Source: Candidatus Latescibacterota bacterium (GTDB lineage: Bacteria; Latescibacterota; UBA2968). Taken from it: a stretch of 64,000 nucleotides of DNA. Location: assembly GCA_965207885.1 (NCBI GenBank), contig OZ242311.1:2336001-2400000 (forward strand), in the 5' to 3' direction. Positions 1 to 9,639 of the stretch are shown here, piece by piece. The stretch's first letter is position 1. Every line of letters starts with the position of its first letter. A model generated the notes under the pieces. It searched no databases. It was not told where the DNA came from and saw only the letters and a program-made list of their open reading frames with translations. A program made the position numbers and the translations under genes.

Positions 1-2403
1 ACGTTCGTTGAGCTCGAGATGAAACGCTTCGGTCAGATCCTCGGTCACGATCTCGACCGGCTCCGCACCTTCCTCGATTCGGAAGGTCCACTTGAGCTCA
101 TACTCGTCGCCGGGCTGAACCGCACATGTGGCGGGGAAGTGCAGTCCGTCAAGGTACTGCCACTCCTCGGCGTCAGACGTCCGGACCTGCCAGGCGACGG
201 CCAGTAAATTCGCCTCGAGGAGTGAGAACTCGGCCTCGCCCAACACCAGATCCTGCGTCCAGCTCTGCTCCGATCCCCGGCTGGCGCAGACCGGCCCGTC
301 GGTCCGGGCTGCAATAAGCGTCTGGAACGGAGCTAGGTCAACGTTCGCGTCGATACTCCCGGCGTCCCCTGTTTCGGGATCGAGGACTGTGTTGACGTCA
401 GCAGGCAAGGGCACGGACACGCGCTCCGTTCCCTGGTTGTAGAGGAACAGCAGCGGCTCGCCATCGAACACCCGCCGACTTGCCCGCACGGAGGACGGCA
501 TCTCGGGCAGGGCCCGGAATTCGCGTGGAATGACGGCATCGAGGGCATTCCTCAGCGGGTCCCGGGCGTCGGGTGGCAGGTCGTTGCTCACGATCCAGGT
601 CACGCGATCCCGGCCGCAGAGATGTGTGCCCGTCCCCTCCTGGAGTGCGGCGGCCGCTTCACGCCCCTCGTTGTCCGGCAGTGCCGAGAGATGATCGGTC
701 ACTCGTTTGAGGAGCGCGGGATCGCCTTCCGCCCAGCCGGGCACGCTGTTGACGAAGACCGTGCGTCCCCCGGCTTCCAGGAAACCTGCCAGCTTCTCTG
801 CGGTCTTCCGAGTCAGGCAAGTGACGTTTGGCAAGATCAGCAGTTCATACTCAGCCTCGGCGGTCAGAACGGTCCCACGGTCCACGTTCGCAGAAGCCAG
901 GACGTCCTCGAAGAGGTAGTCGTAGTCGACCCCGAGTTCCAGGAGCAGGTTTGTCACAGCAAGGAAGGCTTGCTGCATCGCCTCGAAGGCGGGCGGCCCC
1001 GGGACTCCCCGGGCCAGGTCTTCCGCACTACCCGCCCACTCACAGAACGCTGTGGTGATCGGGTGCAGGACGGCGACCTTCCCGGTGGACCGTGACAGAG
1101 CCAGTGTTTGGCAGATACGCGCGACATAGTCGCCGAACGTCCGATAGAACGGCCAGAACGGATTCTGGTGGCCGTGTGAGGGTGGATACCCGCCCGGCAG
1201 CACCTTGCGCATGCCGGCGATTGAGTAGTAGGCGCCCATGTACTGCAGGAGGTTGACACCGCCCAGGGCGAGCTTGTCGAAGATGATTTTCATCTGCTCG
1301 GGCGTGAGTTCCCAGCCGCTGCCCGTGTAGGTTTCGCAGAGCAGTCGGTCGCGTCCGAGCTGGCGGATGGCGGACCCCCCGCTCTTAGCGGAGACCATGA
1401 AGTGGTCGGCCTCGTGGTTCAGTCGAGGGAAGATGGCGTCGATCCCGGGGATGTCGAGCCAGCGGAGGCACCGGTAGAAATCTCCGAAGAAGAGAATGTT
1501 GTGGCGGAAAAGCTCCTCCCCCGAAAGGTGTCCCGTGAGCGTTAGCCCATGCTCTCGGCACCACTCCGCGCACTGCCGGTAGTAGGCGCTCTCCAGGCGG
1601 CCGGTCAGGTAGTGCCAGTAGTCGCACCTGATTCTCCGGTAATCTCCCACGTTTGCCAGCAAGCTCGGGAGGTGCGCCGCGACGTCATAGCCATGGCGCT
1701 CAAGAAACGTTTCGCGCATGCCATGAGTCCAGGGGAGAGGGCGCTCGGACTCGCCGTAGAAGCCGGCCAGGCAGTACGACACCTCATCCGTAAAGAGGCC
1801 GGCAATCGTCTTGCCCAGCTCTCCGGGGAAACGGCTACGGTAGGCTTCATGAGTGAGCTCGATGAATGCCCGTACCGTCTCCGGGTCGGAAACATCGCCG
1901 TAGCCCTCTTGCCCCCAGCAGAAGGGCGACCACTGCGCAAAAGGGCACACCCCATTCTGTGGCGTCTCGTGGAAGACGGTCGCTTTGCCCGATTCGTCCA
2001 CGCATTGCCATGCAGCGTGATCGTCCTGGGGTCCATGCTCCGATGCCTGATCGTCGCTCGTCACCACGAGCATGCGACGATCGGGGTTGTCGCGGATCAG
2101 GTACCCGCCTGCGGCGCCGCTGGGCCAGTTGTATTCGTCATAGATCCAGAAGCGCATGCCGTGCTTCCTAGCTTCATCGACAGCCCAGCCGATGGCCTCG
2201 AACATTTCCTCGGACAGGTAATCGACCGGGAAACCGTACATGGGGTGGATGTAGAAATCGAGGATGCCCGCGTCCCTGAAGTCCCGTACCTGTCGGCGCA
2301 CCTCGTCTTCCTCAAGCGGGGCGTTCCAGAACCACATGATGTGCGGACGGTAGTCGTCCCCAGGTGTGGCGAACTGCTCGATGAAGTCGTTGCTCAGGGG
2401 CAT
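1..2403 (-). CDS. Glycoside hydrolase family 106 (alpha-L-rhamnosidase-like), 3' end runs off the window
   Basis: Absent from the ORF track because no stop lies in the window. Manual translation from ATG 2403 (RBS GAGAGGTG) gives MPLSNDFIEQFATPGDDYRPHIMWFWN...IHPMYG...WIYDEYNWPSGAAGG, typical GH106 N-terminal motifs. Only the two ends were translated by hand. Confidence 0.75.
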   Translation of the reverse strand, partial: MPLSNDFIEQFATPGDDYRPHIMWFWNAPLEEDEVRRQVRDFRDAGILDFYIHPMYGFPVDYLSEEMFEAIGWAVDEARKHGMRFWIYDEYNWPSGAAGGYLIRDNPDRRMLVVTSDDQASEHGPQDDHAAWQCVDESGKATVFHETPQNGVCPFAQWSPFCWGQEGYGDVSDPETVRAFIELTHEAYRSRFPGELGKTIAGLFTDEVSYCLAGFYGESERPLPWTHGMRETFLERHGYDVAAHLPSLLANVGDYRRIRCDYWHYLTGRLESAYYRQCAEWCREHGLTLTGHLSGEELFRHNILFFGDFYRCLRWLDIPGIDAIFPRLNHEADHFMVSAKSGGSAIRQLGRDRLLCETYTGSGWELTPEQMKIIFDKLALGGVNLLQYMGAYYSIAGMRKVLPGGYPPSHGHQNPFWPFYRTFGDYVARICQTLALSRSTGKVAVLHPITTAFCEWAGSAEDLARGVPGPPAFEAMQQAFLAVTNLLLELGVDYDYLFEDVLASANVDRGTVLTAEAEYELLILPNVTCLTRKTAEKLAGFLEAGGRTVFVNSVPGWAEGDPALLKRVTDHLSALPDNEGREAAAALQEGTGTHLCGRDRVTWIVSNDLPPDARDPLRNALDAVIPREFRALPEMPSSVRASRRVFDGEPLLFLYNQGTERVSVPLPADVNTVLDPETGDAGSIDANVDLAPFQTLIAARTDGPVCASRGSEQSWTQDLVLGEAEFSLLEANLLAVAWQVRTSDAEEWQYLDGLHFPATCAVQPGDEYELKWTFRIEEGAEPVEIVTEDLTEAFHLELNER

Positions 2404-2413
2404 CTATCACCTC

Positions 2414-3811
2414 TCAGTCATTTTCGAATAATTCCGTCAGTATTGCCACCGTCGCTTCGACGATGCGCTCCAACGAGTCCGGCGCAAACTTGGCCCAGTA
2501 GGTGCAGTTGGCGTTGGTTTCGTGCCCCGGTCTTGCGCAGGCGTCGCTCGTGGGGAGGTAGCCGACGTATTGCGTGGACATATGAGCGATGAAGGTGAGC
2601 TTCGCAGGCGACCTGGTCTTAATCTCCAATTGACCTTCCACGAACGGCTCGCCCGGCAGAGAAATGATAGCCATGTCGCCGATGCGGAAGACCTGGATTT
2701 CATACATGAATTGCGGCTCGCGATTGCGGCAAAGCTCGATGCTTTTCGTTGACGCGGCATGAAACCATGTGGGATCTACTTCGCCGTTGTCTTGTAGTTT
2801 CAGCGTTGGGTATTCGGTCAGAATGCGGTTGACCTGGTCTTGCCGATCGTTGGGAATATCGCGATACGCCAGAGGGACTTTTTTGATACGCCAATCGATC
2901 GAATCAATGTCTGCAAAGCTCAGCGATTCGATGACGGCCTGTGTGGTGTCCGCCAATTCATTCCCCATGCGCATGTGGTCAGGCGTGAAGTTGGGCGTAA
3001 AGGCAGGCCATGGATTGACGTTGCCACAACATCCGTTGATGACCAGGGGCGGGCACATCAGACTGTTTTGGTCTTTGACTTTTGCGCTCCACGCGCCGGG
3101 CCAGTCGGCGCAGACGGTATTTTTTTCCCGAGCAAACACATTGACCGGATGACAGGTAAAGTGCAGCAGCATCGCGGCCGTGTCACCCTCGGCCGATTGC
3201 GCGCACCACACACCCACCTGTGGGTCGGCAGGGCCTTCCATGTAAACGATGTCCGTCGGCCCCAGGGGTTTGGCGTCGCTGGTGAAGGGCCACGGCATGC
3301 AGATATTGCCGCCGCGCATCACGCCACGTCGATTAAAGGCCAGGTCGTCGCGAACGGCATGCCCCATGGCAACCTGCACTGGCGTTAACGCATCGTTCGC
3401 TTCCTGGATCGCGCGGGTCGCGCCGGCGACTGCCTGCTTCGTATACGCGGCTTCACTACCGGTGATGTGCTCCTGATCAGGTCTCAGATCAAGCGGGAAA
3501 TCCGGGTCGAGCATGAGGGCGCCGCAACTCGGCGCCGAGTGATTCTGCAACGAATGCACCATCACGGCGTGGGGTTCAAAGCCCAGCGCGACAGCGCTTT
3601 CTCGAATGGCCCGGGTGTAGGGCAAAGTAACCGCCAACGTGTCTAATGTGATGATACACAACTTCGCGTTTTTGGCCTGGGCGACCATCACTTTGGCGTA
3701 AAGTGGATCGAGGATTTTTTGAGCAGGGCGGTGTTCTCCCATGCCGCTTCCGGCCAGATGCGTGCCCAAAGGCGGTGTGATGTCGATGGCGGCTTGGCCT
3801 ATTTGAAGCAT
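2414..3811 (-). CDS. Neutral/alkaline ceramidase N-terminal-domain family hydrolase
   Basis: DITPPLG, DPLYAK, HSLQNHSAP, FTCHP, NGCCGNVNP and PGEPF motifs; start trimmed to MLQIGQ at 3811. Confidence 0.7.
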   Translation of the reverse strand: MLQIGQAAIDITPPLGTHLAGSGMGEHRPAQKILDPLYAKVMVAQAKNAKLCIITLDTLAVTLPYTRAIRESAVALGFEPHAVMVHSLQNHSAPSCGALMLDPDFPLDLRPDQEHITGSEAAYTKQAVAGATRAIQEANDALTPVQVAMGHAVRDDLAFNRRGVMRGGNICMPWPFTSDAKPLGPTDIVYMEGPADPQVGVWCAQSAEGDTAAMLLHFTCHPVNVFAREKNTVCADWPGAWSAKVKDQNSLMCPPLVINGCCGNVNPWPAFTPNFTPDHMRMGNELADTTQAVIESLSFADIDSIDWRIKKVPLAYRDIPNDRQDQVNRILTEYPTLKLQDNGEVDPTWFHAASTKSIELCRNREPQFMYEIQVFRIGDMAIISLPGEPFVEGQLEIKTRSPAKLTFIAHMSTQYVGYLPTSDACARPGHETNANCTYWAKFAPDSLERIVEATVAILTELFEND

Positions 3812-4026
3812 AGCACAATATCCCTGAAATGACCGAGTTTTTGGCTGAATCAGTTCAATATAATCTTTGTCTATAGTGAGTAATACTGAAATCGAACTGG
3901 GTAAGGCAAGCGTTATTTGAATTATAACTTGCACCATCACCCCATCGGGGATAAATTGCGGACGAAAGTCGTTTAACCTATCCATATTGTCATAGGAATA
4001 AAAGCCGAGATCACTAATTATCTTTT

Positions 4027-4863
4027 ATGCACTGGCTCTTTTTTTCTATTATCCTCGATTTCGGTTTTGTCCAGCTATTCAAGCTCGGACAAAGACGCGG
4101 CTGTTACGCGCCAGTGGTTGTTTCTGTAAACTACCTCGTCCTGGCTCTCGCAATTGCCATTTATCTCTTTGTTATTGATGCGTGGACATTTCCCCGTCTT
4201 GCCCTTTACACGGGGTTGGGAACTGGTACGGTTTTTATCAGTTCCATGTTGCTGATGAATCACGCGCTTACCCTCGCGCCCATCGGTTCTGTTGTTACGG
4301 CTTTCAGAATGTCCATTGTCATGCCTATTGTGCTGGGTATTTACCTCTGGGGCGAATCCATGGCCTCAACGCAGTTTGTGGGGCTGCTTCTCGCGCTCAG
4401 TGCGCTGGCACTTATGACTTCTCATCCGGGCAGAACCGCGCAGATCAGAGGAATACAAGCATTTGGTTTGCTCATCGCGGTTTGTTTCTGTCAGGGCATA
4501 AGCCATACGTGCTTGCGATCTGTTCACTACAATGGTCTCGATCCCGTCTATCTGCATGTCTTGATGTTCATCGGAGCAACCGCTGGACTGATAGGTGGTG
4601 TTGTAATCATTCTCAAAAAACACCGGCCACAAGGACCTGCGATCAAACTCGGCATTTTTATTGGTCTTTACAATGTTCTGGCGCTTTGTGTCATTATGAC
4701 CGCATTAAGTAAGTTGCCGGGCACGCTTTTTTTTCCGACATTGGGATGTAGTGTTGTTGTGCTGGATAATCTCTTTGCCCATTTCTACTGGAAAGAACGC
4801 CTCGCCCGACCCGCTATTGCCGGTGTGGGGATCGCTGTTCTTGCCGTTCTTCTGGTTTTGTGA
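4027..4863 (+). CDS. DMT/EamA family transporter
   Basis: 278 aa, ~10 hydrophobic segments in two repeated halves. Confidence 0.75.
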   Translation: MHWLFFSIILDFGFVQLFKLGQRRGCYAPVVVSVNYLVLALAIAIYLFVIDAWTFPRLALYTGLGTGTVFISSMLLMNHALTLAPIGSVVTAFRMSIVMPIVLGIYLWGESMASTQFVGLLLALSALALMTSHPGRTAQIRGIQAFGLLIAVCFCQGISHTCLRSVHYNGLDPVYLHVLMFIGATAGLIGGVVIILKKHRPQGPAIKLGIFIGLYNVLALCVIMTALSKLPGTLFFPTLGCSVVVLDNLFAHFYWKERLARPAIAGVGIAVLAVLLVL

Positions 4864-4875
4864 AAGGAATTCTCC

Positions 4876-6213
4876 ATGAGCCGACCCAATATTGTTTTTG
4901 TATTCGCCGATGACTGGGGTTGGGGCGATTTGAGTTGTTATGGACATCCTCATGCTAAGACGCCAAATCTGGATCGCCTCGCCGCACAGGGGACCCTTTT
5001 CTCTCAGTTCTATGTTTGCTCCGGGGTTTGCTCCCCAAGCCGCGCCGCTGTTATGACCGGGCGTTTTCCAGCGCACTGGGGCATACACGGGCATTTTGCA
5101 CAGCACGCGCAGAATGCGGCACGGGGTATGCCCAATTTTCTCGATCCCGATGCAGTGACGGTTACTGGTCTGTTGCAACAAAGTGGGTACGCCGTGGGGC
5201 ACTTTGGCAAGTGGCATCTCGGTAGCGGCGCGGGCGCGCCTGCGCCTTATGATTACGGTATTGACGAGAGTAAAATTAATGTGGGCAATGGACCGTTGCT
5301 CAATTTTACCGATTTGGAGACTGGCGAGGGTCGCAGCCGATCTACAGAGGTGATTATTGATGAAACGATTGGTTTTATTGAGCGCAATAAAGACGAGCCT
5401 TTTTTTGTTCAGGCATGGCTCAACGATACCCACGCGATTCTCGATCCCACAGAAGAACAGATGGAGCCCTACAAGCAATTCACGGCGAATGGCCTGGAAG
5501 ATAAACACAAGGGCGCGTTGCGGATTTACTATTCGGTTGTCACCGATGTGGACCGCCACATTGGTCGCCTGATGGATAAACTCGACGAATTGAATTTGGG
5601 CGATAATACCATCGTGATTTTTTCTGCGGACAATGGTCCCGAGGATATTCACATTCGCAATGCCACGCATAGCGGTGTCGGTTCTTCCGGTCCTTTTCGC
5701 GGTCGCAAACGCAGTCTCTATGAAGGCGGTGTGCGTACGCCTTTTATTATTCGCTGGCCCAATGGTGTTTCTGCCGGGCGCATTGATAACGATACGCCGC
5801 TTTGTGCGGTTGATTTTTTGCCCACTTTTTGCAATTTGGCTGGTATTGATATCGATGGTTTGGTGCTCGACGGGGAAGATATGACCGATGCGCTGCGCGG
5901 TCGCAGTGTTATTAGGAAAAAACCGCTTATGTGGGAATGGCGTTTCAATATTGCCGGTCATTGTTTGCACAAAAGTCCCATGCTTTCCATCCGCGAAGGC
6001 GATTGGAAATTGCTTTTGAATCCCGACCGCAGCCGCGTCGAACTCTTCAATATTCCACGAGATCCGATGGAACTCAACAATCGCTCAGAATATATGCCAG
6101 AGCGCGTCGCGGAAATGGCTGATCGGGTGCTGGCATGGCAAGATACCCTGCCCGAAGGTCCGATTGATGCCAATGCGGGGTCGAATGCGTATCCCTGGCC
6201 CGGCACGTTTTAG
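4876..6213 (+). CDS. Sulfatase (Cys-type, formylglycine-dependent)
   Basis: PNIVFVFADDWG, CSPSRAAVMTG, GKWHLG, SADNG and KRSLYEGGVRTP motifs. Confidence 0.95.
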   Translation: MSRPNIVFVFADDWGWGDLSCYGHPHAKTPNLDRLAAQGTLFSQFYVCSGVCSPSRAAVMTGRFPAHWGIHGHFAQHAQNAARGMPNFLDPDAVTVTGLLQQSGYAVGHFGKWHLGSGAGAPAPYDYGIDESKINVGNGPLLNFTDLETGEGRSRSTEVIIDETIGFIERNKDEPFFVQAWLNDTHAILDPTEEQMEPYKQFTANGLEDKHKGALRIYYSVVTDVDRHIGRLMDKLDELNLGDNTIVIFSADNGPEDIHIRNATHSGVGSSGPFRGRKRSLYEGGVRTPFIIRWPNGVSAGRIDNDTPLCAVDFLPTFCNLAGIDIDGLVLDGEDMTDALRGRSVIRKKPLMWEWRFNIAGHCLHKSPMLSIREGDWKLLLNPDRSRVELFNIPRDPMELNNRSEYMPERVAEMADRVLAWQDTLPEGPIDANAGSNAYPWPGTF

Positions 6214-6216
6214 GAT

Positions 6217-6618
6217 ATGGACGCACGTAAAACTGTACACACCTATTTTGACGCGCTTACTGCGGGAGATGCCCGGCGGTTGATCGGTCTTATGTCCCGC
6301 GCGCCCTATTATGTCAAGATAGGTACAGATGAAGATGAATATATCCAGGGTGGTGAAAATATGCCCGGGTACTATCACCACCACGTGGATAGTACTGAGG
6401 ATTTTACCATTACATGCGATTATCTCGATGTTCAAGAGCGCGAGGCAGTTGCATGGTTTTACACGAGTCAGACCTGGAATCTCAAATGGCAGGGCAAGCG
6501 CGAACAATTGGCTATGCGTTTGACGGGTGTTCTCGAGAAAGAAGATGATCAGTGGAAATTTGTCCAGATCCACGCTTCACTCGGCGTACCTGAATCAGGA
6601 GATATGCACGATGGATGA
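6217..6618 (+). CDS. SnoaL/NTF2-like protein
   Basis: 133 aa with C-terminal RLTGVLEKEDDQWKFVQIHAS. Confidence 0.8.
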   Translation: MDARKTVHTYFDALTAGDARRLIGLMSRAPYYVKIGTDEDEYIQGGENMPGYYHHHVDSTEDFTITCDYLDVQEREAVAWFYTSQTWNLKWQGKREQLAMRLTGVLEKEDDQWKFVQIHASLGVPESGDMHDG

Positions 6619-7834
6619 ACTCGCAATTAACGGTGGAGAAAAGGCCAAAACCGTTCCTTACAATCAACCGAATAAATATACCGATGAAGAGCGCGAATTG
6701 TTGCTCGAGGTTCTCGATTCGGGTAAACTGATGGGGCCAGATGGGAAAGTCGCGGATTTTGAAGCTGAAATATGTCGCGCATTTGAGGTCAAACACGCGA
6801 TTATGGTGACATCTGGCACGGTTGCACTGCAAACGGCTCTTGCCGCGCTGGGTGTGTCCGAAGGCGATGAGGTTATTACTACGTCTATGACGGATTTTGG
6901 TACGACTGCGGCCATTCTCGCGCTGCACGCTATCCCGATTTTTTCTGATATCGATTTGTCAACCCGCCTGCTCGATCCTCAAAAGGTGCGCGAGAAAATT
7001 ACGGATAAGACCAGGGTTATTATTACTGTTCATATGGCCGGTATGCCCTGTGATATGGATGCGTTTCTGGAGATTAGCGAGGAAACAGGGGTCAAAATTC
7101 TCGAAGATTGCGCGCAGGCACACGGCGCAACCTATCGCGGTCATTTTGTTGGTGCGATTGGACACGCCGCAGGATTTTCCATGAATGAATCCAAGCAGAT
7201 TTCCACTGGCGATGGCGGTTTTGTCACGACCAATGACGATGAGACCGCTGAAATTGCCCGTCTTTTCCGCGATAAAACCTATTTGCGGGGTCAGAAACTC
7301 GAACGCGGTGTGCAACCCATTCCTTTTTTTGGTACTAATTTGCGCCCGACCTGCTTGCAAGCCGCTGTCGCTATTGCACAACTCCACAAGCTCGAGTACC
7401 TCGTTGCACGTCGCGACCAGATTGTTCGGCGATACTATGCCGAACTCGGCGATCTGCCCCATCTCGATTTTCCGAAAATTGCCGATAATGTCCATCCTTC
7501 GTGGTGGCCGCTTGCCATTCGCTATACGGGTAGCGCGCCAACGCGAGATGAACTCGTCGCTATTTTTCGCGCCGAGGGTGTTTCCATTAATACGAGCATG
7601 TCCGCAGTGAAAAATATTCTCCGCACGGAAGTTATCCAGAAACGCAAGTACTATCCTTTAACGGACGATATTCCGATATTCTGGCAAAATACTGTGTACA
7701 ATCCCGATGACTGTCCCAATGTCGATACCCTGCAAGCCACTTGTCTGCGCCTTCCCGTGAATGAACGCTATACGGACGAGGATATCGATCAGACGATTGC
7801 GGCGGTGAAGAAGGTTTGGACGCACTATTTTTAG
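6611..7834 (+). CDS. DegT/DnrJ/EryC1/StrS PLP-dependent aminotransferase
   Basis: LAINGG, TSGTVAL, EDCAQAHG and FSMNESKQISTGDGG (catalytic Lys); start trimmed to 6611. Confidence 0.92.
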   Translation: MDELAINGGEKAKTVPYNQPNKYTDEERELLLEVLDSGKLMGPDGKVADFEAEICRAFEVKHAIMVTSGTVALQTALAALGVSEGDEVITTSMTDFGTTAAILALHAIPIFSDIDLSTRLLDPQKVREKITDKTRVIITVHMAGMPCDMDAFLEISEETGVKILEDCAQAHGATYRGHFVGAIGHAAGFSMNESKQISTGDGGFVTTNDDETAEIARLFRDKTYLRGQKLERGVQPIPFFGTNLRPTCLQAAVAIAQLHKLEYLVARRDQIVRRYYAELGDLPHLDFPKIADNVHPSWWPLAIRYTGSAPTRDELVAIFRAEGVSINTSMSAVKNILRTEVIQKRKYYPLTDDIPIFWQNTVYNPDDCPNVDTLQATCLRLPVNERYTDEDIDQTIAAVKKVWTHYF

Positions 7835-7918
7835 ATCGTGTTGCTTGTTGTCTTGACCAATTATCCAGTACTGAGTAAATTGTCCATCGCAAATCTACAA
7901 TAACTGGTAGAGCTAATC

Positions 7919-8740
7919 ATGACCTTAGATATCGAATCTGGCATTCGCCGTCCCAAAATTGATATGCACTGCCATGTCTGGCTTATGGATGGGTGGGAGC
8001 AGTCCGCTGATCATCTCGTCGCTTCGGGCGATATGCTCGGTATTACCGAATACTGGTGTTCCTCCGTTATCCAACAGGGCATTCTGGCACCTGTTGAGGA
8101 TGTGTATCCTCACAACGATACTATTCTGAGTGCAATGGCGCGCCATCCCAAACGTATTCGCGGCTGGTGTTTTCTCATTCCCGGTCATTTTCAAGGTGCT
8201 ATAGACGAAGCCGAGCGCTGTCTCAATGCGGGCATGATTGGTATTAAGCTCTACAATCAGTACCGCATCGACGATCCGGTTTTACACCCCATTCTCGAAT
8301 TGGCGAGCGAACGCCGCGTACCCATTCTTCAGCATGCGGGATATCCCGTTCCCGAACACCGCGCAAGCCAGCCGCTCATTTCACACGGTATTCATTTTAG
8401 CGAAGCCAGTGAAAAATATCCCGATGCGATTCTCGTTCACGCCCATATCGGGGGTGGGGGCGATTGGGAACACACGGTGCGCGAAATGCGCCAGGCGTCT
8501 CCCAATGTTTATGTCGATGTGTCGGGTAGCAATCTGGACGATGGACAGGTCGAATACGCGGTTTCAGAACTCGGCGTTGAGCGCGTGCTTTTTGGCACCG
8601 ATGGCACGATGGCTGGCTCGGTGGGCAAAGTTCTCGATGCAGACCTCACAGAGGACGAACGCGAACACATTTTTTGGACCAATGCCGAACGCATTCTCGC
8701 GCAACAAGGGGCTACGCCCACAGAACCTCGTACCAATTAA
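7919..8740 (+). CDS. Amidohydrolase_2 family protein
   Basis: IDMHCH, GIKL, PILQH, HAHIGG and LFGTD motifs. Confidence 0.85.
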   Translation: MTLDIESGIRRPKIDMHCHVWLMDGWEQSADHLVASGDMLGITEYWCSSVIQQGILAPVEDVYPHNDTILSAMARHPKRIRGWCFLIPGHFQGAIDEAERCLNAGMIGIKLYNQYRIDDPVLHPILELASERRVPILQHAGYPVPEHRASQPLISHGIHFSEASEKYPDAILVHAHIGGGGDWEHTVREMRQASPNVYVDVSGSNLDDGQVEYAVSELGVERVLFGTDGTMAGSVGKVLDADLTEDEREHIFWTNAERILAQQGATPTEPRTN

Positions 8741-8757
8741 AGGAAGAAAACAACCCA

Positions 8758-9555
8758 ATGCTCATAGATGTAAATGCCTGGCTCGGTACATGGCCTTTCC
8801 GCTCTCTGCGAGACAATACGCCCGATGCGCTTATCACACGCCTCGACCGGTCGGGTATTGACAAAGCTGTTGTCTCTTATATTGAAGCCGCATTTCACAG
8901 GCATCCGCAATCGGCGAATGAGCGGCTCGCCCGCGATGTTGAACCACATGGCGATCGCCTTATTCCAGTTGGTACAATTAATCCTCTGTCGCCGCATTGG
9001 GAAGATGATTTGACGGCTTGTATTGATCTCGGTATGAAGGGAGTTCGCCTTTTTCCGCAATATCACAATTACCAGACCGATGGTGCTGAGAGCCGAAGCG
9101 TTGTTCAAGCCTGTGCTCAGTGCAGTCTTCCAGTTTTTATTCCGCATAGACTCGAAGATGTTCGGCAGCATCACTGGATGGATCCGGGCCAGAGTGTTGA
9201 TCTGGCACAACTCGCCAATTTGATTGCGTCTGTGCCCGATGCCGCGATTATTATACCGAATGCCCGTCCGCTTGCGCGGTCACCGCTCTGGGTGCGAGAG
9301 GACCTGCGCGATTTGAACTGGTACGTGGATCTTTCACTGGCCGAAATTCACTATGGTCTGCACAAAAATACCAATGCGATGAAGGATCTGGGATATTTGA
9401 TTGAGGAAGGCGGTGCGAATCATATTCTTTTTGGCACGCATTTGCCCATCTCCTATGCTGGTCCAGCACTCGTAAAACTCGCGATCCTGCCCGTCGGTGA
9501 AGAGACGCTCGAAGATATCAAATACCGCACGGCTGCTAAACTTCTGAATCTTTAG
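8758..9555 (+). CDS. Amidohydrolase_2 family protein (degenerate metal ligands)
   Basis: IDVNAWLG, GVRLFPQYH and LFGTHLP; start trimmed to 8758. Confidence 0.75.
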   Translation: MLIDVNAWLGTWPFRSLRDNTPDALITRLDRSGIDKAVVSYIEAAFHRHPQSANERLARDVEPHGDRLIPVGTINPLSPHWEDDLTACIDLGMKGVRLFPQYHNYQTDGAESRSVVQACAQCSLPVFIPHRLEDVRQHHWMDPGQSVDLAQLANLIASVPDAAIIIPNARPLARSPLWVREDLRDLNWYVDLSLAEIHYGLHKNTNAMKDLGYLIEEGGANHILFGTHLPISYAGPALVKLAILPVGEETLEDIKYRTAAKLLNL

Positions 9556-9579
9556 ATAGTACATCAAATAGTGCAAACA

Positions 9580-9616
9580 AAATGCCCCTGTTTCTGCGAA
9601 TGAAATAGGGGCGTTT
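9580..9616. terminator. Bidirectional intrinsic terminator
   Basis: AAATGCCCCTGTTTC...GAAATAGGGGCGTTT inverted repeat between convergent genes. Confidence 0.7.
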
Positions 9617-9639
9617 GTGTTGGTATTAATGGCGTTTTA

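Noticed and set aside
1549-2592. 347-aa plus-strand ORF and other long antisense ORFs (e.g. 4705-5970, 22419-23369, 24476-25531, 47891-48979, 55256-56353)
   Set aside because: Shadow frames of well-supported genes on the opposite strand, with no recognisable motifs.
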